A stretch of DNA of 64,000 nt from Octopus sinensis (Eukaryota), in contig NC_043006.1 in assembly GCF_006345805.1 (NCBI RefSeq), positions 12,214,001 to 12,278,000 on the forward strand, given 5' to 3'. The notes under the pieces are model-generated. The model ran no database searches and was not told where the DNA came from. It saw nothing but the letters and a program-made list of their open reading frames with translations. Of this stretch, positions 24,331 to 38,030 are shown piece after piece. Position 1 is the stretch's first letter. Each line of letters starts with the position of its first letter. A program made the translations under genes and the position numbers.

Positions 24331-26769
24331 AAGAATATATATATGGATATATATATATATATGATATATATCCAAGCATATATATACATACATAAACATC
24401 TCAACTTCCGCCTGATACATTCATTTACATGTATGTATATATTTTTATGAACACTCACTCACACACACACACAACACACACACACACACACACACAGATC
24501 TATTTTTTATTCCCTTTGTAAAGCGTCTCGGTGTTAGAAAAGATAGTGCAACGAAATAGAAGCCTTGTGGTTATTTAGTTACGTCCCTGTGTGTTTTATA
24601 TTGAGTTTTCCCTGAGGACTGATTTACTTTTGATCCTTCAACGCGGAGTTGATAAATTAAGAAACTGTCAACTCAATTCTTGGCCTCTTGCCTAGATTAG
24701 AGATTTTTTATTATTTTTGTATTCTAAGAGATTCCATTCAACTTTTAATAACTTATATTTGCACTTTGAAACATAATCATGTTAATTACTGTCGGTAATT
24801 TCTATTTCGAAAGCGAATCACTTTAAGTAGAATAATGGCTGATATGTTTCAGAAAAAAAGTTAAAAAATAGTAATAAAATAGAACTTTCTATTTCTGTCT
24901 GTTGATCGTGTTTATAGGAATCCATTCTTGTCAGAATGGCGTGATGTTGAATCATTTCCAATAAATTGATGCTGATTTTTCACTACTATTTTGAATTTAT
25001 ATTCGAAGATATCGCCTTCACTCGACTTACAAATTAGACAGAACAATATTTTCCCTTGTTATTAATATCAACTAATAAAATCCAATAATTTAAATTGATT
25101 GGACATTATTGGAACATAAAATTTAATTCGATTAATTAATTACGTGAAGATTATTTTAGCATTATTTTAGCATATTTTGGAGTCAGTCGATATACCAGAT
25201 ACAAAAAATAGCATCTAATATTTGTTTGTGTTTTTTGTGGAGATTTTGGTGGTGTAGTATTCCTTTTAGAATTTAGAACGCTTTAGAAAAAAAAATATTT
25301 TAGAGGTTTAATATAGACACGCGAACATGATTCTAATTTATGCGTTAGACGTTCATATTAAAGATCTTTTCGTATTTTTTTTCAATGCTGATAATTTCAT
25401 CTCTACTGGACAGATTTTTAGTTTCAAGCCATATATCGGCAGCAGAAAATAGACTATGTTGATATAAATCTTCTAAAATATTGATATTTAATTCTTTGCT
25501 GAAACGTGGCGATGATATAAAATGATAACTAAGTTATGTAGAATTTTAAGTTTATTAAACCACTTACGATCCTTTTCGCAGTTGTAAAATCTGTCTTAAA
25601 TAGATCTTGGAAAGAAAACCAAGTTGCATGCATATTACTATCGCCCTCAACAACATTTTAAGCTTTAACATTCAATTAAACAATATTTTACCATTGAAGA
25701 TAATTAGTGCATAATTATTAACAACATTTTCCATACATCTTTCAATGAAAATCATCTTGAATAAAATTAAATTAAAAATACTAAAGGGATTTAATAAAGT
25801 TAGAAAATAAAGATTCCCTATTACCATATTGATAAAGTAAGGCAGAATAATTGATTGATTAATTTCAAAGGAACTTTAATAAATAATGAAAAAAAATATA
25901 TTGGCAAGTTCGGAGTGCATTCTATCATAAAGGCTATTATATCAATCAGTGTATTCGGTTGGTCAATTCTTTACGATAAATTCTCATTTTGATAGCAGGT
26001 AATTGAAGTTTGGTTTGCTGCGGTGGCTGTCTATGAAATACCATAAAACTCATGATAGAAATATTGGGAAAAGTTGGATATTTGAAGAGCAAAAAAGGTA
26101 ATTTACTAAGGGGCTAAAATTAGCATCTTAATGGCGGAAGTAATAAGCTTTTGAAAACCCCAAATGAGTTTTTCTCTGACTCTTTATCATTTACTTGCAT
26201 GAAATCATTTCAGATTTACAACCTTTCTTTGCCACCTGCGTTTAAGATCTTAGCCAAGAATGAGTAGTAATTATATTAAATAGTAAATGTTAGCTGAATA
26301 CATAATTTACGATTATAGGAATTAACTAGCCATTAGTATTTCAAAGTTACTGCCAATCTATAAGTTCACAGAAGTTTTAAATTCCAACTCAAGTGTGAAT
26401 ACATTAATTATATGTCGAAAATATATTTAATTGCCATTTTTAAATCGTTCAGTCTGTTGGACGGTTCTTCAACCTCGCAGGCTTTGGAAAGCAGGTGTGA
26501 TCAACAAGCTAAACGTTCGATTTGAATAGTTGCAATCAAAGGCTATGAAACAAAAAAAAATAATGAAAAGTAGAGCTTCAAACGGGTCAATGTTTCTGGT
26601 AAGAATGTGTGAGAATTAATACAAGGATTGAGAAATGATACAATATGGGTGAAGAGAAGAGAGTGAGGGTTGGTGATGCATGACGAGACAGTTATAGGAG
26701 CAGAAGTCATTTTAGACTCGGTAGAAAGTTCGGGGAGTGACAGAGTGAGAAAGGGGCAAAGATATTGAG

Positions 26770-26984
26770 AGAGTGAATGAGGAAGAGAGAAGGGGAGAGA
26801 AAGAGAGATAAAAAGAGTGAGAGAAAGAAAGATAAAGAAAGAGAGAGAAAGAAAGAAAGGGAGAGAAAGAAAAAAGAAAGAGAGAGAGAGAGAGGACAGC
26901 GAATCAATGGATCAACGTACACACACGCACACACAGACATATATAGTGACAGTCAGATGGAATTACATTAATATAATAATAATA

Positions 26985-27048
<64 letters not shown>

Positions 27049-27060
27049 TCAACAACAACA
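26770..27060. repeat. (GA/GAAA)n and (AAT)n microsatellites
   Basis: Direct reading. Confidence 0.9.
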
Positions 27061-27067
27061 GCAGTAG

Positions 27068-27219
27068 CAACACGGTAAGAAGCCTGCTTCCCAGCCACAT
27101 GGTTCTGGGTTCATTCCCACTGCGTGGCACCTTGGGCAAGTGTCTTCTACTATAGCCTCGGACAGACCAAAGCCATGTGAGTGGATTTGGTAGATGGACA
27201 CTGAAAAAAGCGCGTCGTA

Positions 27220-27258
<39 letters not shown>

Positions 27259-27495
27259 GTGTGTGTGTCAGTGTGTTTGTGTGTCTGTGTTTGTCCCGCC
27301 ACCATCGATTAACAACCGATGTTGGTGTGTTTATGTCTCCGTAACTCAGCGGTTTGGAAAAAGAGACTGATAGAATAAATACTGGGCTTTAATAAAATAA
27401 GTTCTGTTGTCGATTTGTTCGACTAAAGGCGGTGCTCTAGCATGGCCGCAGTCAAGTGACCGAAACAAATAAAAGAATAAAAGAATAAAAGAAAA
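27068..27495 (+). mobile_element. SINE family C
   Basis: Collinear with 56470-56911. Confidence 0.85.
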
Positions 27496-28147
27496 ACAAG
27501 ATCGTAATTTATGAAGATGGACGTAACTCTTCATGAAAGTAAATAAGCAAAACAAGAACGAGATGCGATTCGTTATAAATAGTGTTTTGCTCTGTTTATT
27601 GAAGTAAACAATATTTCTACAGAATGTGTATCTTTCTCGGGTTCAAAATGAGAAATAAAAAGAACGCAGAAATACAGAAATTTAAAATACAAAAGGGAAT
27701 ATCGTGCGTCCATTTTTTTAAAAAGAAAATGACGTCGCCAGTTCTCGTTTTTACCATAACTTATAAGAAAGGAAAAGAAATAGAAAGAAAAAAAAGAAAA
27801 CAAGGAAGAGAACATTTAGTCTAAAATTACTAGACTACTAGACTACTAGACTGATTCTTATTCTATGAAGTCGGAAAGGATGAAAGGCGAATTCTACCTC
27901 GGTGGAATATGGAACGGAATGAATCGGAAGAAATACCACAAAGGATTTTCTCTGATGCTCCAATAATTCTGCCATCTTGTCGGCTTAAAAATAATTATGA
28001 CAAAGGACTCTCTTGTCGGAGACGATATATGAGTGTTCAGCCTTTGATGATCGATCTGCACAACTGATTTGTTTACAGTGATTAAATGTTGTAAATATTA
28101 GCTCACTCCTCCATGAATAGGTGCAGAGTGTACCACATGTCAAGTAT

Positions 28148-28565
28148 CTATTTCTTTATTGCCCACACGGGGCTAAACATAGAGGTGACAAACAAGGACA
28201 TACAAGGACATACAAGGACATACAAGGACATACAAGGACATTATGTTGATTACATCGACCCCAGTGCGTAACTGGTACTTATTTAATCGACCGCGAAAGG
28301 ATGAAAGGCAAAGTCGACCTCGGCGGAATTTGAACTCAGAACGGCAGACGAAATAGCGATGATTTCAAATTTGGCGCAAAGCCTACAGTTTCGGGGAAGA
28401 GGGCACGTCGATTTCATCGATTCCCCTGTTGTACTCCTACTCATTTTATCGGCTGAGAAAAGATGAAAGTTGAGGACGACCTCAGCTGAATTTGAACTCA
28501 GACCGTACAGACGAACTAAATGTTGCTAAGCAATTTGCTTGGGAGTGCTAAGGATTCTGCTATTT
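28148..28565 (-). mobile_element. Two adjacent family N SINEs (younger tail-1 copy next to an older copy)
   Basis: The family N core occurs twice; CAAGGACATA x4-5 micro-duplication at about 28193-28242. Confidence 0.75.
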
Positions 28566-28734
28566 TCTCGTTTTAATAATAATAATAATATTAATAATAA
28601 TTATAATAATAATAATAATAACAACAACAACAACAACAACAACAACGACAACAAGAGCAATGATAATAATGGTGATAGTGATGATGTTCATGGTGATGCT
28701 GATTCTTTCTGTTATAGGCAAAAGACATGAAACT

Positions 28735-28910
28735 TTTAGGGCGGGAACTTGTCGATTAAATCGATCCCAGTGTGCAGCTGGTACGTATTTCATCGATTCC
28801 GAAGAACGATGTTGGTTTCGTCGGAATTTGAACTCAGAACGTCAACTCGGATGAAATATCGCTAAACATTTTGCCCGTCGTGCTAACGGTTCTGTCAGCT
28901 CGCCGCCTTA
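28735..28910 (-). mobile_element. SINE family N
   Basis: GGAATTTGAACTCAGAACG...GTGCTAACGGTTCTGTCAGCTCGCCGCCTT. Confidence 0.75.
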
Positions 28911-28919
28911 ATACTACAA

Positions 28920-28987
28920 AGAGTAGTAGTGATAGTGACGATGATGATAACACTATCATCATCATCATCATCATCACCATCATCATG

Positions 28988-29026
<39 letters not shown>

Positions 29027-29032
29027 GTAATA

Positions 29033-29092
<60 letters not shown>

Positions 29093-29207
29093 ACAATCAC
29101 AATCCCAATAACAAATTCTACCTACGCAAGAGCATTCACCGAGATGGCTTAAATAAAATAAATTGAACTCCATTATATATTTCCTACCGCCCCTCCAGCT
29201 CTCTTTC

Positions 29208-29253
<46 letters not shown>

Positions 29254-29691
29254 CTCGTCAATGTCTCTCTTTATCTACGAAGATATTTATCTCTATTTCA
29301 CGGTTGTATTAAAGTGTAATTCATTTCATGCGTGATACAATGATTTCTTGTTGACCAAGCTAAGCCAAATATCAATGTCTGCATTTGAATCGTTACTGTT
29401 TAGTATCGATTCTCTTTTATAAACTGTAAAGGTTGGGAGAGGTAAGAAACACAAACAAAAACAAAACAAAAACGCTTTTAATTGGCTTATTTCACAACTG
29501 GAAATTTTGATTTTGTCTCTTATATTTATTTTCTCTCAACTCAAGGAACTCGTGTATACATAAATATACACATACACAAATATACACGCATAAATACATA
29601 CATACATACATACATACATACATACACATATATACTTACATTTAAATATATATGTACATACATATTGATGTATATACATACACGTACGCAC

Positions 29692-29730
<39 letters not shown>

Positions 29731-29833
29731 GCACAAACATAAATATATACGTGTATAACAATATACATTATATATTTATTTATAAACATATATATAAATA
29801 TGCATACATATATGTGTACGTGCAATTATTCAA

Positions 29834-29892
<59 letters not shown>

Positions 29893-29991
29893 CATTTATA
29901 TATATATATAATATATATATATATATATTTATATATATACACATTTATATATATCTGTGTATATATTTATATATGTATGCATGTATCTATC

Positions 29992-30029
<38 letters not shown>

Positions 30030-30030
30030 T
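28920..30030. repeat. (ATC)/(AAT)/(ATT), (CT)n and (TA)n microsatellite blocks
   Basis: Direct reading; some unique sequence is interspersed. Confidence 0.85.
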
Positions 30031-31087
30031 GAACTTCTATCAAATTTCATTTGCTTTTATGAGTGTCAGTTTCAATCAGTGATATATTAAATCTTTAGCT
30101 ACGTAATACGCCTAAGAAACTCAGCCATGTTTCCCATAAGAGCTAAGAAAATCGAAAGACATACAAAAGAAAAAGAAAATCAACGAAATACTAATCAACA
30201 ATAAACAAAACACACAAATACACTCGTATACACATGCACACACACAAACTGAAAACGATTGAACATCAACAGTGTAAAATAGTATTGATTTGAAAAACAT
30301 CAGTACCGGTCTTCTTCTATAATATAATATATTTATATCAATAATGGATGTTTTGCTTAGCGTTTGGGGAAAAAAATAATAATTATCCACTATTCTTTTA
30401 TTTCTGATTAGCTTCTTAAAAATTTACCAAGAAAATATTTGCATTGATTCACATTATCCAAAAGATCATTTAAGGAATGCATCCTTCAACGCACATAGAA
30501 GTTTCATAGAAAATTTGTATTTTATTTTTTCAAATTAAAAGTTTCTTACAATACGTATTTATATATTATGAGAGAGTAAGTCTTTTCAATTAAAAGTAAA
30601 TACTTTCTAAGTCAAGCTAGTCTTTCTTCATTCTTTGAGGAATAACTGGTAATTAAAGAATAACAATGTCTTCATTTCAATATTATTTAGTTAATTTCTT
30701 TATATCAGATTGATCACTCGTCCTTTCTTATTATTTTAATCGATTTTAATGTGATCGCTTTCCTTTATTTCGTTTCCAAAGATTTTAAAGTTTTATATAG
30801 AAAGTCTTTATCATTCAAAAATATTTTGTTTGATTAATTATTGATTTTACATTTTAATATTCTTTGCATTTGAAATAAATTCGTCCAAAGCCGATATTAC
30901 AAAAGCAGTTATGAACGATGCTCCATACTTTTAATTGTTGAATTCATTCTGTATAATTCCAATTGAATCATAATGATAAATCTCGATGATAAAGTTAGCA
31001 AATGACGTCATAACATGACGTAATCGTCATAAACCCTGTCCGGTGGACGATTCTAATTCAGCAAGTTCAGTAACACCGCTTTAAGTG

Positions 31088-31575
31088 AACAGGACGAGAA
31101 TGGAAGGTATTGTGACAGGGTCCTTCGTCTCCAGCCCCGGTTTGCTATATTGCTTCAGATATCATCTGAAGAGCAAAGTGGGGTTGGAGAGGAAGACCCT
31201 GCCACCGAGTGAATGTGAAAAACGATGGAAGGAAATGATGGGAAAGGTGGGTATTACGAACCCAGCTTAATCATCGAAAAAGGAAAAATTAGTTGCTGGG
31301 CCTTATAGGCTGCGGGTTCAAATTTTAAACCTGCATTTCTCCCCTTTTTCATTTTAGCATATGTTATGTTTTCTATTTTTATGAAAAAAAAAACACACAC
31401 ACAAAAGTTCTCGCTGTAAAGGCAAAAGTAAGCCAATTATTCGTTAAGCCAAGTTTTCGTTTATGTCATATTATACCTAAAATTTTAAGTCTCATTCGAA
31501 CTCATATAACATTCTTTGTATTTGTCTGTCTTGTTATGTCCCTATCTATGTAAGATCGCATGATCATAATAAAGA
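31088..31575 (+). mobile_element. Second Tx1/L1-clade LINE family, extreme 3' end
   Basis: RTRMEGIVTGSFVSSPGLLYCFRYHLKSKVGLERKTLPPSECEKRW aligns with WTRLKGLETNTFLSGQSLINFFKYHLKKKVRVERQVLSSECFKKRW of the 54601 element. The 3' UTR ends in AATAAAG at 31568-31574. Confidence 0.8.
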
Positions 31576-31951
31576 TTTCATCGTTTGCTTCACTAGATGA
31601 AAAGCGTAACTCCTTAAAGCGTCAGAATGTGTGAGTTGTTTGACAGTCGAATGCATTGTTTTGCTGCAATTATTCCGGTTCTCTGCGCTAAGAGTTCAAA
31701 TTCTGCCGAGATCAACTAAACTTTTTATTCTTTCAGGTACGATAACTAATATACCAGTCTTGCATGGAGTCGATTCTTCTTTTAATCTTTCTTTCAGGAG
31801 TTTTTTCTTGGAAAATATACAGGCTCTGGTCATATCTAAAGACAGGTGTTTCCGCTAGGTATAAACAGGCCCAAGGGGCGCGGTAAATAAAAACAGCATC
31901 CTTATAACTCCATAAAGAAGCTAAGATCCCAAAACTAGGAATAATACCTAT

Positions 31952-32055
31952 TTACAACTCTGTTATCTTAAACCAACAGCAATAAAATATCTTGGCGCTG
32001 TTCATTGCGCATTGTTCACTTAATAGCAACCATCTATATATATATATATATATAT

Positions 32056-32125
<70 letters not shown>

Positions 32126-32335
32126 GTAGATATAAAGAGATAAATATGAGCCGTCCCAAGTCTTATAGACACATTCAGTCCGTTTCTCGTTTTTTGTGAC
32201 ATATATATTTCCACACCCCATTTTTCTGCTGTGCGGCCAGTGTAAAAAAATTCTGTAAATGCCCCAAAAGCTCGTACTGAGACAAGATACTCATGAAGAG
32301 TTAACAGTAAATGCCCATGTGTGGTCAATGCAACT
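31952..32335 (-). pseudogene. Candidate BTB/POZ-domain exon (C-terminal half) disrupted by a microsatellite
   Basis: Acceptor CATTACCATTTCAG at 32336; peptide LTLHEYLVSVRAFGAFTEFFYTGR...NVSIRLGTAHIY, then a 104-bp (TATC)/(TA) block, then RWLLLSEQC. Motif match by eye only. Confidence 0.35.
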
Positions 32336-32519
32336 CTGAAATGGTAATGTACGAACAGACGTGATGTCCGCCAGTAGCAGCAGCAAAATCCACTATAACA
32401 ACAATAACAACAGCAACGTGCACGACAGTATCAACAGCAATGGCAGTGGTAGCGGCAGCAGCAAAAACAGCGACGGCATGGATGGTCTAAGGTCCTCTTT
32501 TAGGATCCGACGGAGGTGT

Positions 32520-33020
32520 AACGTTACGCCTTCTGCCAACTACACATGGAGCTTAAAAGAACAGAAGATCCTATAAGAACCTGGACTATACATCAAATGA
32601 AGCTGACGATGCAGAATTTGCTTGTCCGAGATAGAAGAAAGAGATGCTGAAAATTTCGCTTGACCCCGGGGCCTTCTGAAATTCCAGTTATAAAGTGTTT
32701 AGTTGGTGCCTTCATGAGAAAAAATATCATGATGTGGACAAGGAAATTCCCCACTTTCTGACTAGTGAACGATGACTGTTGAAACACCAAAACTGGTCAA
32801 AGGAAGCTAACTCCATTTCCTCCAGGAAGTGACTTCATTTCGCATATTTCGTTCCAGGATCTTTTTTCACATCCCAGCTGAGCAATATTGTATTCAAACT
32901 TCCTTTGGTAAAGATGTTGTGTGCCTCTGTCCAGCATGTCTGAGGAGTCGCCTCTGTTGCTAAACGCACAATAGACGTGAAACAAATAGTAACTTTCTGG
33001 CTGGCCGTTATTAACAACTA
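32520..33020 (-). mobile_element. Possible RTE-clade reverse transcriptase C-terminal fossil
   Basis: Weak motifs LGCEKRSW and FLVHIM...FITGISEG, resembling LYGCETW and YLGHILR..GKIEG; GC-richer block. Confidence 0.3.
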
Positions 33021-33170
33021 CATTTAGTATCGTTGCTCAAAAGAATTTCTTAGAATGTGGTCTTTGGGGGCTAATGAACAACTGACTGATTATATATATG
33101 TATGTATGTTTGTATATATGTATGTATGCACGAGTGTATATATGTATGTATGCACGTGTGTATATATGTA

Positions 33171-33231
<61 letters not shown>

Positions 33232-34668
33232 TGTGTGTGTGTGTGTGTGTGTTGTGTGTGTGTGTGTATGTATATATATATATATATATATACATATATA
33301 TATGAGTGTATAGTTTATGAGATATGATAGATAGATAGATAGATAGATAGAAAGAGAGAGGGGGTGAGAGAGAGAGAAGGGGTGAGAGAGAGTGAGACTG
33401 ATATCCCTCGGACCATTTGTTTATTCGGCTATCACAGAATATGTGTTTCTTTGTCTTGAAATATTATTCCTATTAAACTAAAATTCGAGTGACTGAATGA
33501 TTATATTTAACATCCATTGAAAATTAGATATTTTATTTCATACAGAACAGAATTACTCCATACTCCATGACAAATTTAGCAACTAAAAACGAAAGAATTT
33601 CACGCTATTTTTATGTATAATTCTCCGAGATGTAAGCAAATCTCTTAACCATTCATCAGAAATGAATTCCTATTTCAATCAAGTTGAGATTATTTGTTGA
33701 ACATGAAAAATATATCTTAGCTTCACTTGTTATGCGTTCTAATTTACTTAGTGTTCTCTCATCCCAGCCATTCAAAATGAATTTGTTTACGTATACTAAA
33801 GGCGTGTTCACCAATCTGTGAAAGCTCACCGATCCTACTAGAAAATATTATCCACAAGATATAATGTTTTTATTTGTATTGGTTTGTTCTTTCATTGCAT
33901 CGCTGCTCATGTAGATTTTCTATTCTTTGAAACATGTATTTGACATTTTAAGTAATTGGCTATTTTCGGTCCGTTTCACTCGAATAAGATTATAACAAAG
34001 AAAATGTAAATAAAAAGTAAAATAGAAAAAAGAAGCCAAAAAAAAACCAAAAAAAAAAAAAAGAAAGATCTTTATGCTACTTATTGGAGAATTGTTAATC
34101 CTTTACACTTCGCCAAATTTTCCCACCAAACATTTGATGCCGGAATATTGTGCAATTGAGTTGTTTTTGCTGCAACTGGCATTTCTTGTTGAAATTCAAG
34201 AAGAAATATCAGGTTAAAAGTTAAACTTGTCGAGCATTGAGAAAAAAGATCGATGGGACATCGCATTTACTAGTATTGTATTTCATTGATATGTTAACAG
34301 CTTCAATGATCTAAAGTATTTTAGATTCTATCAGTCGTAATATTTATCACTGTTTGTACAATAGTTGGTATAACGTAAAATCTGAAAAGAACTTTTGTTT
34401 ATTCCAAGTAATATTAGACATGTATACAAATATAATAAACTTTATATAACTATCGGCTTCGCGAAGGAAATAACTGGCCAGAGGTAATTCTGCTTAGTAA
34501 TGGTTTCTCGGGTGTCCCTAGATAATAATACGTATGCATGCACATGCATGTACAGACAATGACATTGACATATATATGCAAAAACGGTCTTGCAAAAGTA
34601 CACACAGAACACACACATACACACAAACACATACACACACACATACACACATACACACAACACAAATA

Positions 34669-34890
34669 TATTTCTTTATTGCCCACAAGGAACTAAACAT
34701 AGAGGGGACAAACAAGGACAGACAAAAGGATTAAGTCGATTACATCAACCCCAGTGCGTAACTGGTACTTAATTTATCGACCCCGAAAGGATGAAAGGCA
34801 AAGTCGACCTCGGCGGAATTTGAACTCAGAGCATAACGACAGACGAAATACCGCTAAGCATTTCGCCCTTGCGCGCTAACGAGTCTGCCA
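34669..34890 (-). mobile_element. SINE family N, tail type 1
   Basis: Head, core and tail TTTGTCTGTCCTTGTTTGTCCCCTCTATGTTTAGTTCCTTGTGGGCAATAAAGAAATA. Confidence 0.85.
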
Positions 34891-34892
34891 AA

Positions 34893-35150
34893 GGCACTGT
34901 GGTTAAAGCGTCGAGCTCACAATAATGAGGTAGTGAGTTCGATTTTCGGAAAGGGCTGTGTGTTGTGTTCTTGAGCAGACACTTTATTTCACATTGCTCC
35001 CTTTCTCTCATCTGCAGAAATGTGATGCGACGTCACTGGTGCCAAGCTGTATCGGCCCCTTTGCCTTTCACTTGGATAACATCAGTGGCGTGGAGAGGAT
35101 GTGGCTGGTATATATGGGCGACTGCTGGTCTTCTATAAACAATCGTGCGC
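34893..35150 (+). mobile_element. tRNA-derived SINE, fourth family
   Basis: GTGGTTAAAG...GAGTTCGATT head followed by GTGTTCTTGAGCAGACACTTTATTTCAC, a V/Meta-like centre (tentative). Confidence 0.6.
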
Positions 35151-36006
35151 CTTCATACATAGAAAAGAAGACGGATACAGGAGGGAGTGTTTCGAAAATC
35201 TTTTGTTCAGCCAGGTAGCCAACTGAAGTGATCCAGTTGTGAATCGAACTTCTTCAACACACATCCAAAACTTTTACGAGAGATCGTTAAAGAAGTCGAT
35301 TAAAATGCTTCAACAAAGCCATAAAGATTCTCAGATGTAGAACGAAAGCAAGCTAAGAGATTCGTCGTCAACTATCACGAGTTTCTATATTTTTGATGTT
35401 GGCTTTACAGAGTGAATTATGGAAACTTGTGGTTCTCATGTGAGTTGCACAGTGAACTTAAAAAGTCTTAAAAGTCTTTTGTGTACGTACTTGAGTGAGT
35501 TTGCATGAATATAAGTCTGTATACGTGCGTTGAGCGCGCACGGGCGCTTGTGTATACGCGAGCGCTTGTGTATCTGCGTGTATTTTCTGTCGACTAAAAT
35601 GTCACGGAGTTGGGTAGCGACTAACGTGATTCTTCCAAGAAATCAAAAGTTAGACATTTCTGCAACTGCACAAAGAAATGTTGCTGAAGCTTCACTAAAT
35701 TTTAGCACACAAATTAAATTCGTTTTAATTCTTTGCCGATATCACTCATGACAACCAGTGAACAGCAGAATGAGTCATCGGACGTAATGCTGTCATTATT
35801 TCTTTTAAAACTCTCCCCGGGTGCATCAGCTCTTTTTCAACGTCTGAATATAGTTTCCAAAAGACTGTGTTCTCTCCTCAAGGTATTAGCTTTCAAGGGA
35901 AACAAATTATAAATCATAGGACAAGTGCGAAACTATAAGAACAGTGTGTATGTACAAATACACGCACACACGAACACACACTAGCACACACAAGCATACA
36001 CACGTA

Positions 36007-36144
<138 letters not shown>

Positions 36145-36411
36145 AATAGTAGAATAATAAAGAGAAAGTTCTTGGTACAGTATTAAATATATTTGAAAGA
36201 ATGAGTAGAGATGATTTTTTTTTGAGAGGATAATTTTTATTTTAATCTTGATAATAATATTATATATATAAAATAGTAAATCCAAAATAACAATGAATTA
36301 TACACAAAAAAAACATATCTAACCCATCGGTCTCGGCTGTACACTTCGACTAATTCAACCACGCTACTGACATGTAGGAGACCATTTGTCCTGACTTATA
36401 GACTGTTATTA

Positions 36412-36461
<50 letters not shown>

Positions 36462-36464
<3 letters not shown>

Positions 36465-37399
36465 TAGTTTTATTTTTATAGCGTGCTTTCACTTCACTAC
36501 CGAGCGCAGCTCTGTGTGCCTTGGGTATGTGCTGTGATTTGTTGTGATGCTCTGATGGTTATTGTATGGAAAGTGTTCTGCGTAGGATGTGTGCAGTGCC
36601 TAGTAGTGCAATTTTCTGTATGTTATATGTTTTTGTAAGTCCTGGTGTTTTTTGTTATGTATTTGTCTGAATATTTTTTTATCATGCCTAATGCACCTAC
36701 TATGATAGGAATTGTTTCTGTTTTCAGGTTCCACATTCTAGTTACCTCTATTTCCAGGTCTTTGTATTTTGAGAGTTTCTCCATTTCTTTTAGAGACACG
36801 TTGTCATCTGCCGGTATTGATACATCAATTAGAAAGCATTTTTTTTCTTCATGATCTCTGACAACTATATCTGGTCTGTTGGCCTTAATTTCTCTATCTA
36901 TGTGTATCGGTATATCCCAAAGTATGGTTGCTTTCTCGTTTTCTGTGACCTTTTCTGGTGTGTGCCTATACCATCTTTTTTCTGTTGTTATTCCATAATG
37001 TTGGCATAGCTTCCAATGTATGTAGGTTCCAACTCTGTCATGTCTGTGAATATATTCCTTCTTAGACAAGACTGGGCACCTAGAGATAATATGATTATAT
37101 ATGTACATATATTATATGTAATATATGTAATATATTATATATGTACATATATATATATATATTTATATATATATATATGTATATATATGTACATATATAC
37201 GTTGTATATATAGTCTTTCTATGTCAGATTTTGGGTGATGCATCCTAGATCCTGTCAGTATTTTTCTTGTTTTCCTATCTATTTTGGACAGTTCATTTCG
37301 TGTCCAGTTAAGGATATTGTAGCTGTAACTTATAACTGGGACAGCTAAAGTGTTGATACCTATTATCTTGTTTTTAGCATTGAGCTCTGTTTTTAGTAT
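36462..37399 (-). mobile_element. R4/Dong-type non-LTR retrotransposon, 5'-truncated and internally deleted
   Basis: RT C-terminal ELNAKNKIIGINTLAVPVISYS...HHPKSDIERLY; zinc-knuckle end and REL endonuclease CPVLSKKEYIHRHD...ANRPDIV...LIDVSIP...KLSKYKDL; (TAA)n on both sides. Confidence 0.9.

Positions 37400-38030
<631 letters not shown>

Noticed and set aside
26456-26497. 42-nt micro-exon SVGRFFNLAGFGKQ
   Set aside because: Weak donor (GTGTGA) and no recognisable homology.
34085-34230. CUB-domain-like YTSPNFP...C peptide
   Set aside because: Only one short motif matches, the downstream residues do not fit, and there are no splice signals.
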